A stretch of 34,986 nt of DNA from a virus: the UHGV virus genome UHGV-0285842. One strand, 5' to 3'. The position numbers were made by a program, and so were the translations under genes. Of this stretch, positions 1-7,074 are shown piece by piece (the stretch's first letter is position 1; the number at the start of each line of letters is the position of its first letter). The notes beneath the pieces were generated by a model. That model made no database searches. It saw only the letters and a list, made by a program, of their open reading frames with translations, and had not been told where the DNA came from.

Positions 1-2
1 AA

Positions 3-350
3 TTAAAGGTCTGCAAATTCCGCAATCGGTGCCATACCGCGAGATTCAAGGAAGTTCAGTAAGCGGCGCGGAGAAACATTCAAAATGCGCTCTGGCGGAA
101 AATCTACCGCGTCGAGGATTTTAAGACACTCTTCAAATTCCCCCATGGTAAACGCGGTGTGAGAATCCGAGCCTAATGCCACCCAACCTCCAGCATCACG
201 TACCGCTGCGGCTACCTCACGACAGTTGTCTTCACTGCCCTTACGTGAGTGTAAAAATGAGGAATTATTGATTTCCAGCGCCACCTGATGTTTCGCGGCT
301 GCTTCAGCAACGGCTTTCACATCTATTTCATATTTGGGATTCCCTAATAT
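3..350 (-). pseudogene. ycdX: 3' portion of a PHP-family phosphoesterase gene (YcdX-like), apparently truncated at the mobile-element junction
   Basis: Minus-strand ORF ends with stop at 3-5. The C-terminal ~115 aa ([10 protein letters not shown]...[12 protein letters not shown]...APIAEFADL) carry PHP-domain motifs and match my recollection of E. coli YcdX. The N-terminal 60 aa of the ORF (351-533) lack the PHP HxH motif and overlap a well-initiated plus-strand gene at 384. Gene symbol is from memory, not a search. Confidence 0.5.
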
Positions 351-383
351 CATGTACCCACAATAACACGAGGGGGTACAAAA

Positions 384-656
384 ATGAACATCGGCAAAGC
401 AATCATCAACTACGCAGCACGTCGCAACATGGACATTACCTTGATTGGCGATGAGACCGTAGCGTTCTGGGAAGCGGATAACGATTGTGAATGGATGTTC
501 TCCTACATGATTGGTAATGATGGTTTCCTCCACTTTAAAGGCAATGTGTATCTGCCGCAGGAGATTAAAGAAGAATTACCGGCGTGCATCGATACAGACA
601 AGAAGCTGAAAGAAGTAATCAACTTTATCGCTAAAGAGTTTATCAGCAAGAAGTAA
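384..656 (+). CDS. hypothetical acidic protein (90 aa), first gene of left-end cargo pair
   Basis: ATG at 384 preceded by GAGGGGG Shine-Dalgarno; stop at 654-656; next gene starts 12 nt downstream. Confidence 0.6.
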   Translation: MNIGKAIINYAARRNMDITLIGDETVAFWEADNDCEWMFSYMIGNDGFLHFKGNVYLPQEIKEELPACIDTDKKLKEVINFIAKEFISKK

Positions 657-668
657 GGCAGCAAAACA

Positions 669-1055
669 ATGTTCAATATCATGATTCGTAAATTTGGTGA
701 GATGACTTTCGAGAAAGCTGGTGTTGCGCGTACAGAAGAAGAAGCAATGGCCTTAGTTCTGGTAGCACTGAGATCATCACCTGAGATTATCGACGCTGAA
801 TATGTTGCGGCTGAGGGTGAGATTAAAGAGATTAAAGCGGTTGCTAAGGAATTAGGTGTTAAAGGTTTCCGTAAGCTGAAACTATCCCGCGAGACTTATG
901 TCATTGGACAGCAAGGACAATACCTAGATGAGAATAGCGCGATTGTCCTACTGAATAAGATCACCCGCTATGGTTTCCAGATTGAGCAATATAAAACGTG
1001 TTTCGAATTATACGAAAAAGGTTTGCTGGATACTCTGACCATCGTTCGCGCTTAA
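669..1055 (+). CDS. hypothetical protein (128 aa), second gene of left-end cargo pair
   Basis: ORF tightly coupled to 384-656 and followed by a rho-independent terminator at 1070-1095. Confidence 0.55.
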   Translation: MFNIMIRKFGEMTFEKAGVARTEEEAMALVLVALRSSPEIIDAEYVAAEGEIKEIKAVAKELGVKGFRKLKLSRETYVIGQQGQYLDENSAIVLLNKITRYGFQIEQYKTCFELYEKGLLDTLTIVRA

Positions 1056-1069
1056 TTAATTTCTAATTT

Positions 1070-1095
1070 GGTGGGTGTAATTCCCACCGCTTTTT
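1070..1095 (+). terminator. rho-independent terminator after the cargo gene pair
   Basis: Stem GGTGGG (1070-1075) / CCCACC (1083-1088), 7-nt loop, then GCTTTTT. Confidence 0.6.
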
Positions 1096-1111
1096 AAATG
1101 GAGAATCAAAC

Positions 1112-1192
1112 ATGTTAGCTTTTATCTCATTCGTGGGAGGTAGTCTCACAACCATGATTAGTCTTTCTTATATTGTCGTTAGTATGGGGTGA
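1112..1192 (+). CDS. tiny hydrophobic ORF (26 aa, MLAFISFVGGSLTTMISLSYIVVSMG)
   Basis: ATG 1112 with GGAG 9 nt upstream; entirely hydrophobic; below the ORF-track length cut-off. Sits directly after a terminator, so expression would need read-through. Confidence 0.25.
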   Translation: MLAFISFVGGSLTTMISLSYIVVSMG

Positions 1193-1195
1193 GCA

Positions 1196-1318
1196 ATGAA
1201 ACAATTTCATGATGGCATTTCATCTAAGACATTCAAGAAAGAATATTCGCTGTGTATTAACTGGATTGATTTGATTGGTGCGGTTGTGTTTGGGCTGATT
1301 ATTAGCATTAACTTTTAA
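1196..1318 (+). CDS. small C-terminally membrane-anchored ORF (40 aa, MKQFHDGISSKTFKKEYSLCINWIDLIGAVVFGLIISINF)
   Basis: ATG 1196, stop TAA 1316-1318; polar N-terminus followed by one predicted transmembrane segment. Confidence 0.3.
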   Translation: MKQFHDGISSKTFKKEYSLCINWIDLIGAVVFGLIISINF

Positions 1319-1363
1319 TGATATAAATATATCGTAATTCAAACAACAAGAGGAAATTCTACT

Positions 1364-1783
1364 ATGAAAAAGATTATCGCTGGTGTTGTTCTTGCTCTGG
1401 GTTTGGTTGGTGCTGCGAATGCTAATACCTATACCTATTATGTGTGCAATTCCTACTTCGAATATAAAGGAGATGATACACGCTACCTGAGTGATGGCGA
1501 CCGTTATTATCATGCGCCGTCTGGCAAATACCGTGGTTTTATCGGTGTAAAGGTTCGAGTGAATGATGATAATAGTCAATTTGCTTTCAACGATCCGGTA
1601 TATGATAAGACAATCAAAAGCCCTAAATTGAAAGAAGATAAGAACGAGAAAGAAGAATATTATGGTTCCGAAGATGGTAAAGCCTACATCAAATATCTGC
1701 ATTCTATTGATGGTTCTCCTATATTTGATGTTAAAAAAGGTGATACGTCTTATTCCCTGATTAGCTGCCGTGAAATTCTTTAA
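1364..1783 (+). CDS. secreted Tyr-rich protein with cleavable signal peptide (139 aa)
   Basis: AAGAGGAAA Shine-Dalgarno before ATG 1364. N-terminus MKKIIAGVVLALGLVGAANA is a classic Sec signal with AXA site and no lipobox cysteine; two Cys in the mature part. Confidence 0.7.
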   Translation: MKKIIAGVVLALGLVGAANANTYTYYVCNSYFEYKGDDTRYLSDGDRYYHAPSGKYRGFIGVKVRVNDDNSQFAFNDPVYDKTIKSPKLKEDKNEKEEYYGSEDGKAYIKYLHSIDGSPIFDVKKGDTSYSLISCREIL

Positions 1784-1797
1784 TCTTTAATCACCTA

Positions 1798-1833
1798 GCC
1801 CCTATCGTTATAATACGCGGTAGGGGCGTTTTT
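1798..1833 (+). terminator. rho-independent terminator after secreted-protein gene
   Basis: Stem GCCCCTA (1798-1804) / TAGGGGC (1821-1827) followed by GTTTTT. Confidence 0.55.
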
Positions 1834-1846
1834 GTTTGGAAATGGT

Positions 1847-3526
1847 ATGAAAACTAAACTGTATTCGTATATTCGCTTCTCGTCTATGCGTCAGAATGAT
1901 GGTTCGAGTTATGAACGACAAATCAGGATGGCGAGAGAGGTTGCGGCAAAGTATGACCTTGAACTGGTAAATGATTATCAGGATCTGGGTGTATCTGCGT
2001 TTAAGGGTGCTAACTCCAAAACAGGGGCGCTATCTCGTTTCCTTGATGCAATTGGTAGATCCGTTCCTGTTGGTAGCTGGCTATTCATTGAAAACTTGGA
2101 CCGCTTATCCCGTGCCGATATTGTCAGTGCGCAGGAGTTATTCCTTTCAATCATCCGTAGGGGGATAACCATTGTTACTGGCATGGATAACAAGATCTAC
2201 TCGCTGGATACTGTTACCGCTAACCCGATGGACCTGATGTTCTCCATCCTTTTATTCATCCGTGGTAATGAGGAAAGCCAGACTAAGCGCAATCGTACTA
2301 ACTCAAGCGCACTGATTAAGATTAAAGCCCATCAAGAAAATCCCCAGAATCCGGCAGTGGCAATCGAGGAAGTTGGAAAGAATATGTGGTGGACGGATAC
2401 CACTTCCGGTTATGTGTTGCCTCATCCTACATACTTCCCTGTTGTTCAGGAGATTGTGGAATTACGGAAGAATGGACGTTCAACCGCCGAAATACTGGAT
2501 CACCTTAACGAGACATATACACCGCCACCAGCGGTTAGTAATAAGAAGCATTCAAAATGGTCACGGGCAATGGTTGAAAGGTTGTTCCATACCCGCGCTT
2601 TGATTGGTATCAAGGAAGTCTCTGTAGATGGTGTTAACTATGAGTTAAAGGATTATTACCCTCGTGTTATTGATGATGCTACGTTCTATCACCTTAAGAA
2701 AAATATTGGTGCTAGAGCATGGAACTTTGGAGACAAGGAAGAAGTTAAACCGATCCCCCTGCTTAGTGGTATTGGCCTATTGAAATGTGATCATTGCGGT
2801 TGCGCTATGGTTAAAGTGAAGGGAACGAACAAACGTTCTGACCAGTATCGTTATACATGTGATGCGACCCGTTCACGTAGACTTGATTGCGAGCATCCAA
2901 ACTGGAGTTTTCGAGGTGATCAATTAGAGAAAGCTGTATTGCAATTGCTGGCTGATAAAATCTGGATTGCTGAGGACAAGGCTAATCCGGTTCCGGCGTT
3001 GAAAGTACAGGTTGATGAAATATCACGCAAGATTGATAACCTGATTGCCCTTTCTGCTATGACAGGAGCAACGAAGGAGCTAGCCGATCAGATTACTACC
3101 CTCAATAGCGAGCGTGAAACACTCTACAATCAGATCAAGATGGCAGAAGAGGAAATGTATTCTGTGGACTCTCAAGGCTGGGAGAAGCTCGCAGAATTTG
3201 ATTTAGAAGATGTTTATAACGAGGAACGACTAAAGGTCCGGTTTAAGATTAAGCAAGCTCTAAAGCGGATCGGGTGTAGCAGGATTGACAGAAATAAAAA
3301 CTTGTTTGTGCTGGAATACATCGATGGAAAGACCCAGAGAGTTGTAATAGAAAATTCAAGAGGAACGAGGAAAGGCCGGATATTCATTGATTTGAAAACT
3401 ATCAATGATAGGCAGATTCTGGAGAGTAACGGGCTTGTTTTGCATCCATGTTTAGACATGCTGACAGATAAGAACTGGAAACCAGAAGAGGAAATACCAG
3501 GTCCATTACAGGAATTTGGAATTTAA
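1847..3526 (+). CDS. large serine recombinase (integrase-type)
   Basis: N-terminal resolvase-type catalytic domain (YIRFSSMRQ, DLGVSAF, LDRLSR), central recombinase domain, Cys-rich zinc-ribbon (CDHCGCAMV...YTCDA...LDCEH) and C-terminal coiled coil. ATG 1847 preferred over the track's TTG at 1832. Confidence 0.85.
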   Translation: MKTKLYSYIRFSSMRQNDGSSYERQIRMAREVAAKYDLELVNDYQDLGVSAFKGANSKTGALSRFLDAIGRSVPVGSWLFIENLDRLSRADIVSAQELFLSIIRRGITIVTGMDNKIYSLDTVTANPMDLMFSILLFIRGNEESQTKRNRTNSSALIKIKAHQENPQNPAVAIEEVGKNMWWTDTTSGYVLPHPTYFPVVQEIVELRKNGRSTAEILDHLNETYTPPPAVSNKKHSKWSRAMVERLFHTRALIGIKEVSVDGVNYELKDYYPRVIDDATFYHLKKNIGARAWNFGDKEEVKPIPLLSGIGLLKCDHCGCAMVKVKGTNKRSDQYRYTCDATRSRRLDCEHPNWSFRGDQLEKAVLQLLADKIWIAEDKANPVPALKVQVDEISRKIDNLIALSAMTGATKELADQITTLNSERETLYNQIKMAEEEMYSVDSQGWEKLAEFDLEDVYNEERLKVRFKIKQALKRIGCSRIDRNKNLFVLEYIDGKTQRVVIENSRGTRKGRIFIDLKTINDRQILESNGLVLHPCLDMLTDKNWKPEEEIPGPLQEFGI

Positions 3527-3563
3527 GCGGCCTAAATCGACGTATAACGAGCTAAAACAGTTA

Positions 3564-3588
3564 AGGGGTACATCCGTACCCCTTTTTA
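3564..3588. terminator. hairpin terminator between convergent recombinase and nuclease-like genes
   Basis: Stem GGGGTAC (3565-3571) / GTACCCC (3576-3582), 4-nt loop, TTTTT downstream. Confidence 0.55.
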
Positions 3589-3599
3589 ATTTAATTGTA

Positions 3600-4598
3600 T
3601 TAAAGAGCCTCTAAAGGGCTTAAATCGAGTTCTAAGTCTTCCGGTGTTAAATCAGCTAACGGTGCATTCATCCACTGCGATAAATCTCGTTCTATGTCTT
3701 CATCACTAATGTAGTTGTTCAGATTGATTGCGTTGGTATCATCAAAATACATTGGCTTAGATGGGTTGGTGTGGATGTATTCATTGATGAATGATTTAAC
3801 ATCTTTCAGCTTGCTAATCGGTAGCGTTTCTGTGAATCCGCTATTCATTACCTTACGTGGGATTTTCTTGCCCTGAATATTCTTTTTAATCCCCATTTCT
3901 AAATCACCAGCTTTCCATCCAATGTTAAACAAATGTGAGCATTCAAAGGTGATTTTCTCGCTGGTGTGCTTCTGGTGTTCTCTTACCCGTTGCATCGGAT
4001 CTTTGCGAGTGGTAATTCCATATTTGAAAAACTTCTCGCCAACACGAATTAGATAAAAGTGCATAGGGCGCTGTGCAAACTTGTTTCTGATAACCTGTTT
4101 TCTACCATTCTGAATTGATTTAAGTACACCCCTAACCAAAGGGCATGTTAACCCGCCTTGTCTGCGGTTATTGTGTAAATCACCTTTCTTGTGAATCTTT
4201 CCGTGGCACTTACAACGAAGAATTAGTTTAGTGTCAACACCCTGATAAGGTTCAGCCAGACCTAACACATCCCACCCTATCGGCTTGTAGAACTTGCGAG
4301 CGTTTTCTAAGTGTTCTTCTTCGGTAAATCTAAACTTCTTCTTAGGCGGTGATACTCTATCTTTGCCAGTAAACTGACCAGTTAGAACATGACTAATACA
4401 TGGCGTTTTAACCTTTCCGTTAACTTCTATGCAAACTTTGGTGTTCTGGAATGGTTTCTTTACAGGAAGCACAAAACCACTGTATAACCATCCATGCACT
4501 TGACAAACTTTAATGATTCTGGTTTCATATTCGACCGGAGGGGTCGCACGTTTGCTTTTTGCGGTAAATTCGATATCCTTTGCTAAAGTAGTATTCAT
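3600..4598 (-). CDS. putative T5orf172 / GIY-YIG-like domain protein with Cys/His cluster (possible nuclease)
   Basis: Start ATG 4598 with GAGGAC Shine-Dalgarno (track ORF extends further upstream without a ribosome-binding site). Motif HFYLIRVGEKFFKYGITTRKDPMQRVREH resembles the T5orf172 signature; Cys/His cluster CKCHGKIHKKGDLHNNRRQGGLTCP upstream of it. Assignment from memory only. Confidence 0.4.
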   Translation of the reverse strand: MNTTLAKDIEFTAKSKRATPPVEYETRIIKVCQVHGWLYSGFVLPVKKPFQNTKVCIEVNGKVKTPCISHVLTGQFTGKDRVSPPKKKFRFTEEEHLENARKFYKPIGWDVLGLAEPYQGVDTKLILRCKCHGKIHKKGDLHNNRRQGGLTCPLVRGVLKSIQNGRKQVIRNKFAQRPMHFYLIRVGEKFFKYGITTRKDPMQRVREHQKHTSEKITFECSHLFNIGWKAGDLEMGIKKNIQGKKIPRKVMNSGFTETLPISKLKDVKSFINEYIHTNPSKPMYFDDTNAINLNNYISDEDIERDLSQWMNAPLADLTPEDLELDLSPLEAL

Positions 4599-4633
4599 AG
4601 TAGTGTCCTCGAAAATAATAAGTTCACTACTAT

Positions 4634-5074
4634 TTATTGAGAAAAATTTGTTGTAATGGTTGAAGACCACGGGCATGAGTAGTAACCACGACCGCCACCG
4701 ATCAAACAAATGGTCGGACGGAAACCAGTAAGATCACAAAATGAATCAGTGTCATGCGCAGGAGAACGATGCTCTGCTTCGTCAGAGAAAATGTTTGCCA
4801 CCGGAGATTCCACTTTAACTTCCGGTGCTTCTTCAACATCTGACTTAACTTCTTCAACCACTGGTTCAACTTCTGGAGATTCTTCTTTTGTTTCTTCAAT
4901 GACGATCTCAGGTTCTTTCATTGCTTCAACCAGAGACGGATCAACTTCGTCGAATACCACTTTATCATCTGCGGTATATTTGTCTATAATGAAAAAATGG
5001 TCAGAAATATAGCTAACGTCGCCAGCATATTCTAACAAAAAAGCGCCCACAAGAGGCGCTTTTGTTTTATCCAT
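4634..5074 (-). CDS. hypothetical acidic Glu/Val/Pro-rich protein; start uncertain
   Basis: ORF in a low-complexity region. Candidate ATG at 5074 overlaps the stop of the M15 gene and would place the 5043-5059 hairpin inside the coding sequence; alternative internal starts exist. Confidence 0.3.
   Translation of the reverse strand: MDKTKAPLVGAFLLEYAGDVSYISDHFFIIDKYTADDKVVFDEVDPSLVEAMKEPEIVIEETKEESPEVEPVVEEVKSDVEEAPEVKVESPVANIFSDEAEHRSPAHDTDSFCDLTGFRPTICLIGGGRGYYSCPWSSTITTNFSQ
5037..5063. terminator. bidirectional hairpin at the end of the late/lysis operon
   Basis: Stem GCGCC (5043-5047) / GGCGC (5055-5059), A-run upstream and T-run downstream; immediately 3' of the M15 gene stop (5067). 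Confidence 0.5.
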
Positions 5075-5420
5075 TCCACCGTGATTTTTTTGATCTGGAA
5101 TCAATATGCGTAAAGGTTTTATATTTTCCTAAGCCGTATTGAGTAGGATATTTCCCATCAAGATAAGCATGAACAATATCAGGCGAGACACCCTTGATAA
5201 CAATGTCAGCCGCACGGCCTCGAACATGATAGCTATTGGTTGCACCGCCAACATTCTTGTTATGAGTCGGGCAACGGTTGCCACTGTTAATAATCACTGG
5301 TTTACCGAAGTGCTCTCGTACATCCTCAAGAATCACCAGTAATTCAGCGTCGATTGTATCATAATCACATTTTCCGCATTTACATTTAAATTCCTTGCGA
5401 GAAAAATGCTTACTTAACAT
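5067..5420 (-). CDS. peptidase M15-family zinc peptidoglycan peptidase (candidate endolysin)
   Basis: FSRKEFKCKCGKCDY...SGNRCPTHNKNVGGATNSYHVRGRAADI...THID matches the M15A/YcbK-type zinc-binding pattern (H, D, H). ATG 5420 with GGGGG Shine-Dalgarno. Confidence 0.7.
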   Translation of the reverse strand: MLSKHFSRKEFKCKCGKCDYDTIDAELLVILEDVREHFGKPVIINSGNRCPTHNKNVGGATNSYHVRGRAADIVIKGVSPDIVHAYLDGKYPTQYGLGKYKTFTHIDSRSKKSRWNG

Positions 5421-5429
5421 ATTACCCCC

Positions 5430-5777
5430 TTAGATCATTTCGAAGATATAACCAATAAAGCGCATACCCTTGATATAATAAGGAGCAGTGCCTACACACA
5501 CCGCGCGTGCATCGCCCAGACAGTTAAAGCTATAAGGATTAACCACATCAACTTCTTGTCCTACACGAAAACGATACTTAGGACGTTTAGCCAATGTAGC
5601 GACACAAAACACGGTCCCTTTTTCATGATCGCGGATACATTCTTTATATTGTTTATGTTTAACTCTCTTCGCCTCAAAATCATGTGTCATAGATTCTGGG
5701 CTAATGCCATTAATAAAAATACCGGAAAGCTGATCGACCGGATAAGTAGGAAATTCAGTGAAAATATTTTTAGCCAT
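5430..5777 (-). CDS. hypothetical protein (115 aa)
   Basis: ORF with GGGGG Shine-Dalgarno 7 nt before ATG 5777; stop overlaps the ribosome-binding site of the M15 gene. Confidence 0.55.
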   Translation of the reverse strand: MAKNIFTEFPTYPVDQLSGIFINGISPESMTHDFEAKRVKHKQYKECIRDHEKGTVFCVATLAKRPKYRFRVGQEVDVVNPYSFNCLGDARAVCVGTAPYYIKGMRFIGYIFEMI

Positions 5778-5815
5778 GTTATACCCCCATAAGTTTCTAT
5801 GAGGGTATTTATGGA

Positions 5816-6499
5816 TTAAACGTATTTCATGCGCGATTTAATGTGCTTATTGATGTTTTCAAGCATCATTGCTTCGTTGCTTTCCCACGATCCTAGCGTC
5901 GAATAACGAGTAGAAATTTTATCCGATTTAACGGCAACAATTCGCTTGCTCTGTTTCTGTATGCGTTTCTCTAAGCGACGTTTTGCCACCGCCGATCCAT
6001 TCCTAGCGCGTTTGGTTCGGGATTTCTTAGGCTTGTACTTCTTCATGATAAAAGTCCCTTCCTTGTTCTCTACCTTGATGAAGTTGCCGTTTTCGAGGTT
6101 ACGCATCATCTTACCGCCTTTGATGGCCTTAATGTTCCCGTGGGCGTCTAAGACCTTACCGTTGGCGATTGGAACTAGCTTATTGATTTTGCCCCCATCG
6201 AAATAGTGTTTCAGATAGTCGTCCTGACTGCCGATCTTCTTATCCTTATCCCTTGCGCCCTTGATGAAGATTTGGTGTCTCGTCCCTGATCGGTTCTTGT
6301 AGTTGGTATTACCTACAGCTTGCTGAGTCCAGCGAGTAGGTCTATCAACATTCTTGTTAATCTTCTTCTGGAGTGCTCTGGAAGCAAAGATCGCCCCTTC
6401 CCCTAGTGCCCTTTCGAATGTATCGGTTGCCTTTTCAGACCATTGCCGTAACGCTTTCTTAGTCCTTAGAGCGTTTCGTTTATTGGTACTGGTTGCCAT
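5816..6499 (-). CDS. hypothetical highly basic Lys/Arg-rich protein (227 aa)
   Basis: ORF with AGGGGGCTAAC ribosome-binding site before ATG 6499; strongly basic composition. Confidence 0.55.
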   Translation of the reverse strand: MATSTNKRNALRTKKALRQWSEKATDTFERALGEGAIFASRALQKKINKNVDRPTRWTQQAVGNTNYKNRSGTRHQIFIKGARDKDKKIGSQDDYLKHYFDGGKINKLVPIANGKVLDAHGNIKAIKGGKMMRNLENGNFIKVENKEGTFIMKKYKPKKSRTKRARNGSAVAKRRLEKRIQKQSKRIVAVKSDKISTRYSTLGSWESNEAMMLENINKHIKSRMKYV

Positions 6500-6500
6500 G

Positions 6501-6671
6501 TTAGCCCCCTAATAACGAAAAGACCCCCGCCAGTGTCCTTAGCAATTGTTCATCCACGGTCATAGCCGGGAGTTCAAGCCCAAAGGACGTAAGCAGAGGT
6601 CTAATTGCTACGTTATAAGTGAGGGCGACAATCAAGAGATAACCAAAATATTTCTTAAGTTTATTCTTCAT
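6501..6671 (-). CDS. small single-pass membrane protein (56 aa), lysis-associated candidate
   Basis: Internal ATG 6671 preceded by AAGGGGTGAATAT; hydrophobic segment YFGYLLIVALTYNVAI. Confidence 0.4.
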   Translation of the reverse strand: MKNKLKKYFGYLLIVALTYNVAIRPLLTSFGLELPAMTVDEQLLRTLAGVFSLLGG

Positions 6672-6690
6672 ATATTCACCCCTTTTATTA

Positions 6691-6969
6691 TTATTTTTGT
6701 TTGAGTATGTCGAGAACTTGGTCAAACTTAGCGTCCATCGCAACCACTTTCTTCTCTATACCGTGTAGTGTTTGTTCCATTTGGTAAACACGTTCAGCAA
6801 TCTGAGTATGGTTATTCTGCATCGTCTCAAACTTCTGGTTTAACAATGCGTCGCTGGATTCCAATTTCGACAATCTATTTTCTGTGGCTAATTGATTTCG
6901 GTGAAGTCTCCAAAGCCCACCACAAATTAAGGCGATAACACCGATACCGCCATATATAATTTCAGTCAT
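6691..6969 (-). CDS. membrane protein with N-terminal transmembrane segment and coiled coil (holin- or i-spanin-like)
   Basis: ATG 6969 with GGGGGCG Shine-Dalgarno; transmembrane stretch IIYGGIGVIALICGGLW then heptad-rich periplasmic/cytoplasmic part. Confidence 0.45.
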   Translation of the reverse strand: MTEIIYGGIGVIALICGGLWRLHRNQLATENRLSKLESSDALLNQKFETMQNNHTQIAERVYQMEQTLHGIEKKVVAMDAKFDQVLDILKQK

Positions 6970-7011
6970 TACGCCCCCGATATTTTTATATAATTTAATG
7001 GCAGAATTATT

Positions 7012-7057
7012 TAGATAAAAATAATCCCGCCTAACTCAAAAGAATTAAGCGGGATTA
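7012..7057 (-). terminator. hairpin terminator downstream of the J-like gene
   Basis: Stem TAATCCCGC (7022-7030) / GCGGGATTA (7049-7057), 18-nt loop, U-run on the minus-strand transcript. Confidence 0.5.
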
Positions 7058-7074
7058 ATTATTAGAATTAAATT

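Noticed and set aside
351-533. N-terminal 60 codons of the minus-strand ORF 3-533
   Set aside because: No PHP N-terminal HxH motif, no ribosome-binding site, and overlap with a well-initiated plus-strand gene at 384; best explained as an open frame running across the insertion junction, not coding sequence.
1220-1702. Minus-strand ORF (160 aa) antisense to the secreted-protein gene
   Set aside because: Fully overlaps a plus-strand gene with strong Shine-Dalgarno and signal peptide; Ile/Phe-rich translation typical of an antisense frame in AT-rich DNA.
1971-3459. Short ORFs on both strands inside the serine recombinase gene (1971-2168, 1978-2193, 2373-2603, 3214-3459)
   Set aside because: Nested within a gene with clear domain structure; no ribosome-binding sites.
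4710-5012. Plus-strand Ser/Thr-rich ORF (100 aa), and 4702-4899 on the minus strand
   Set aside because: Low-complexity translations of a GAA/GTT-repetitive region; no initiation signals; overlap the more plausible minus-strand acidic ORF.
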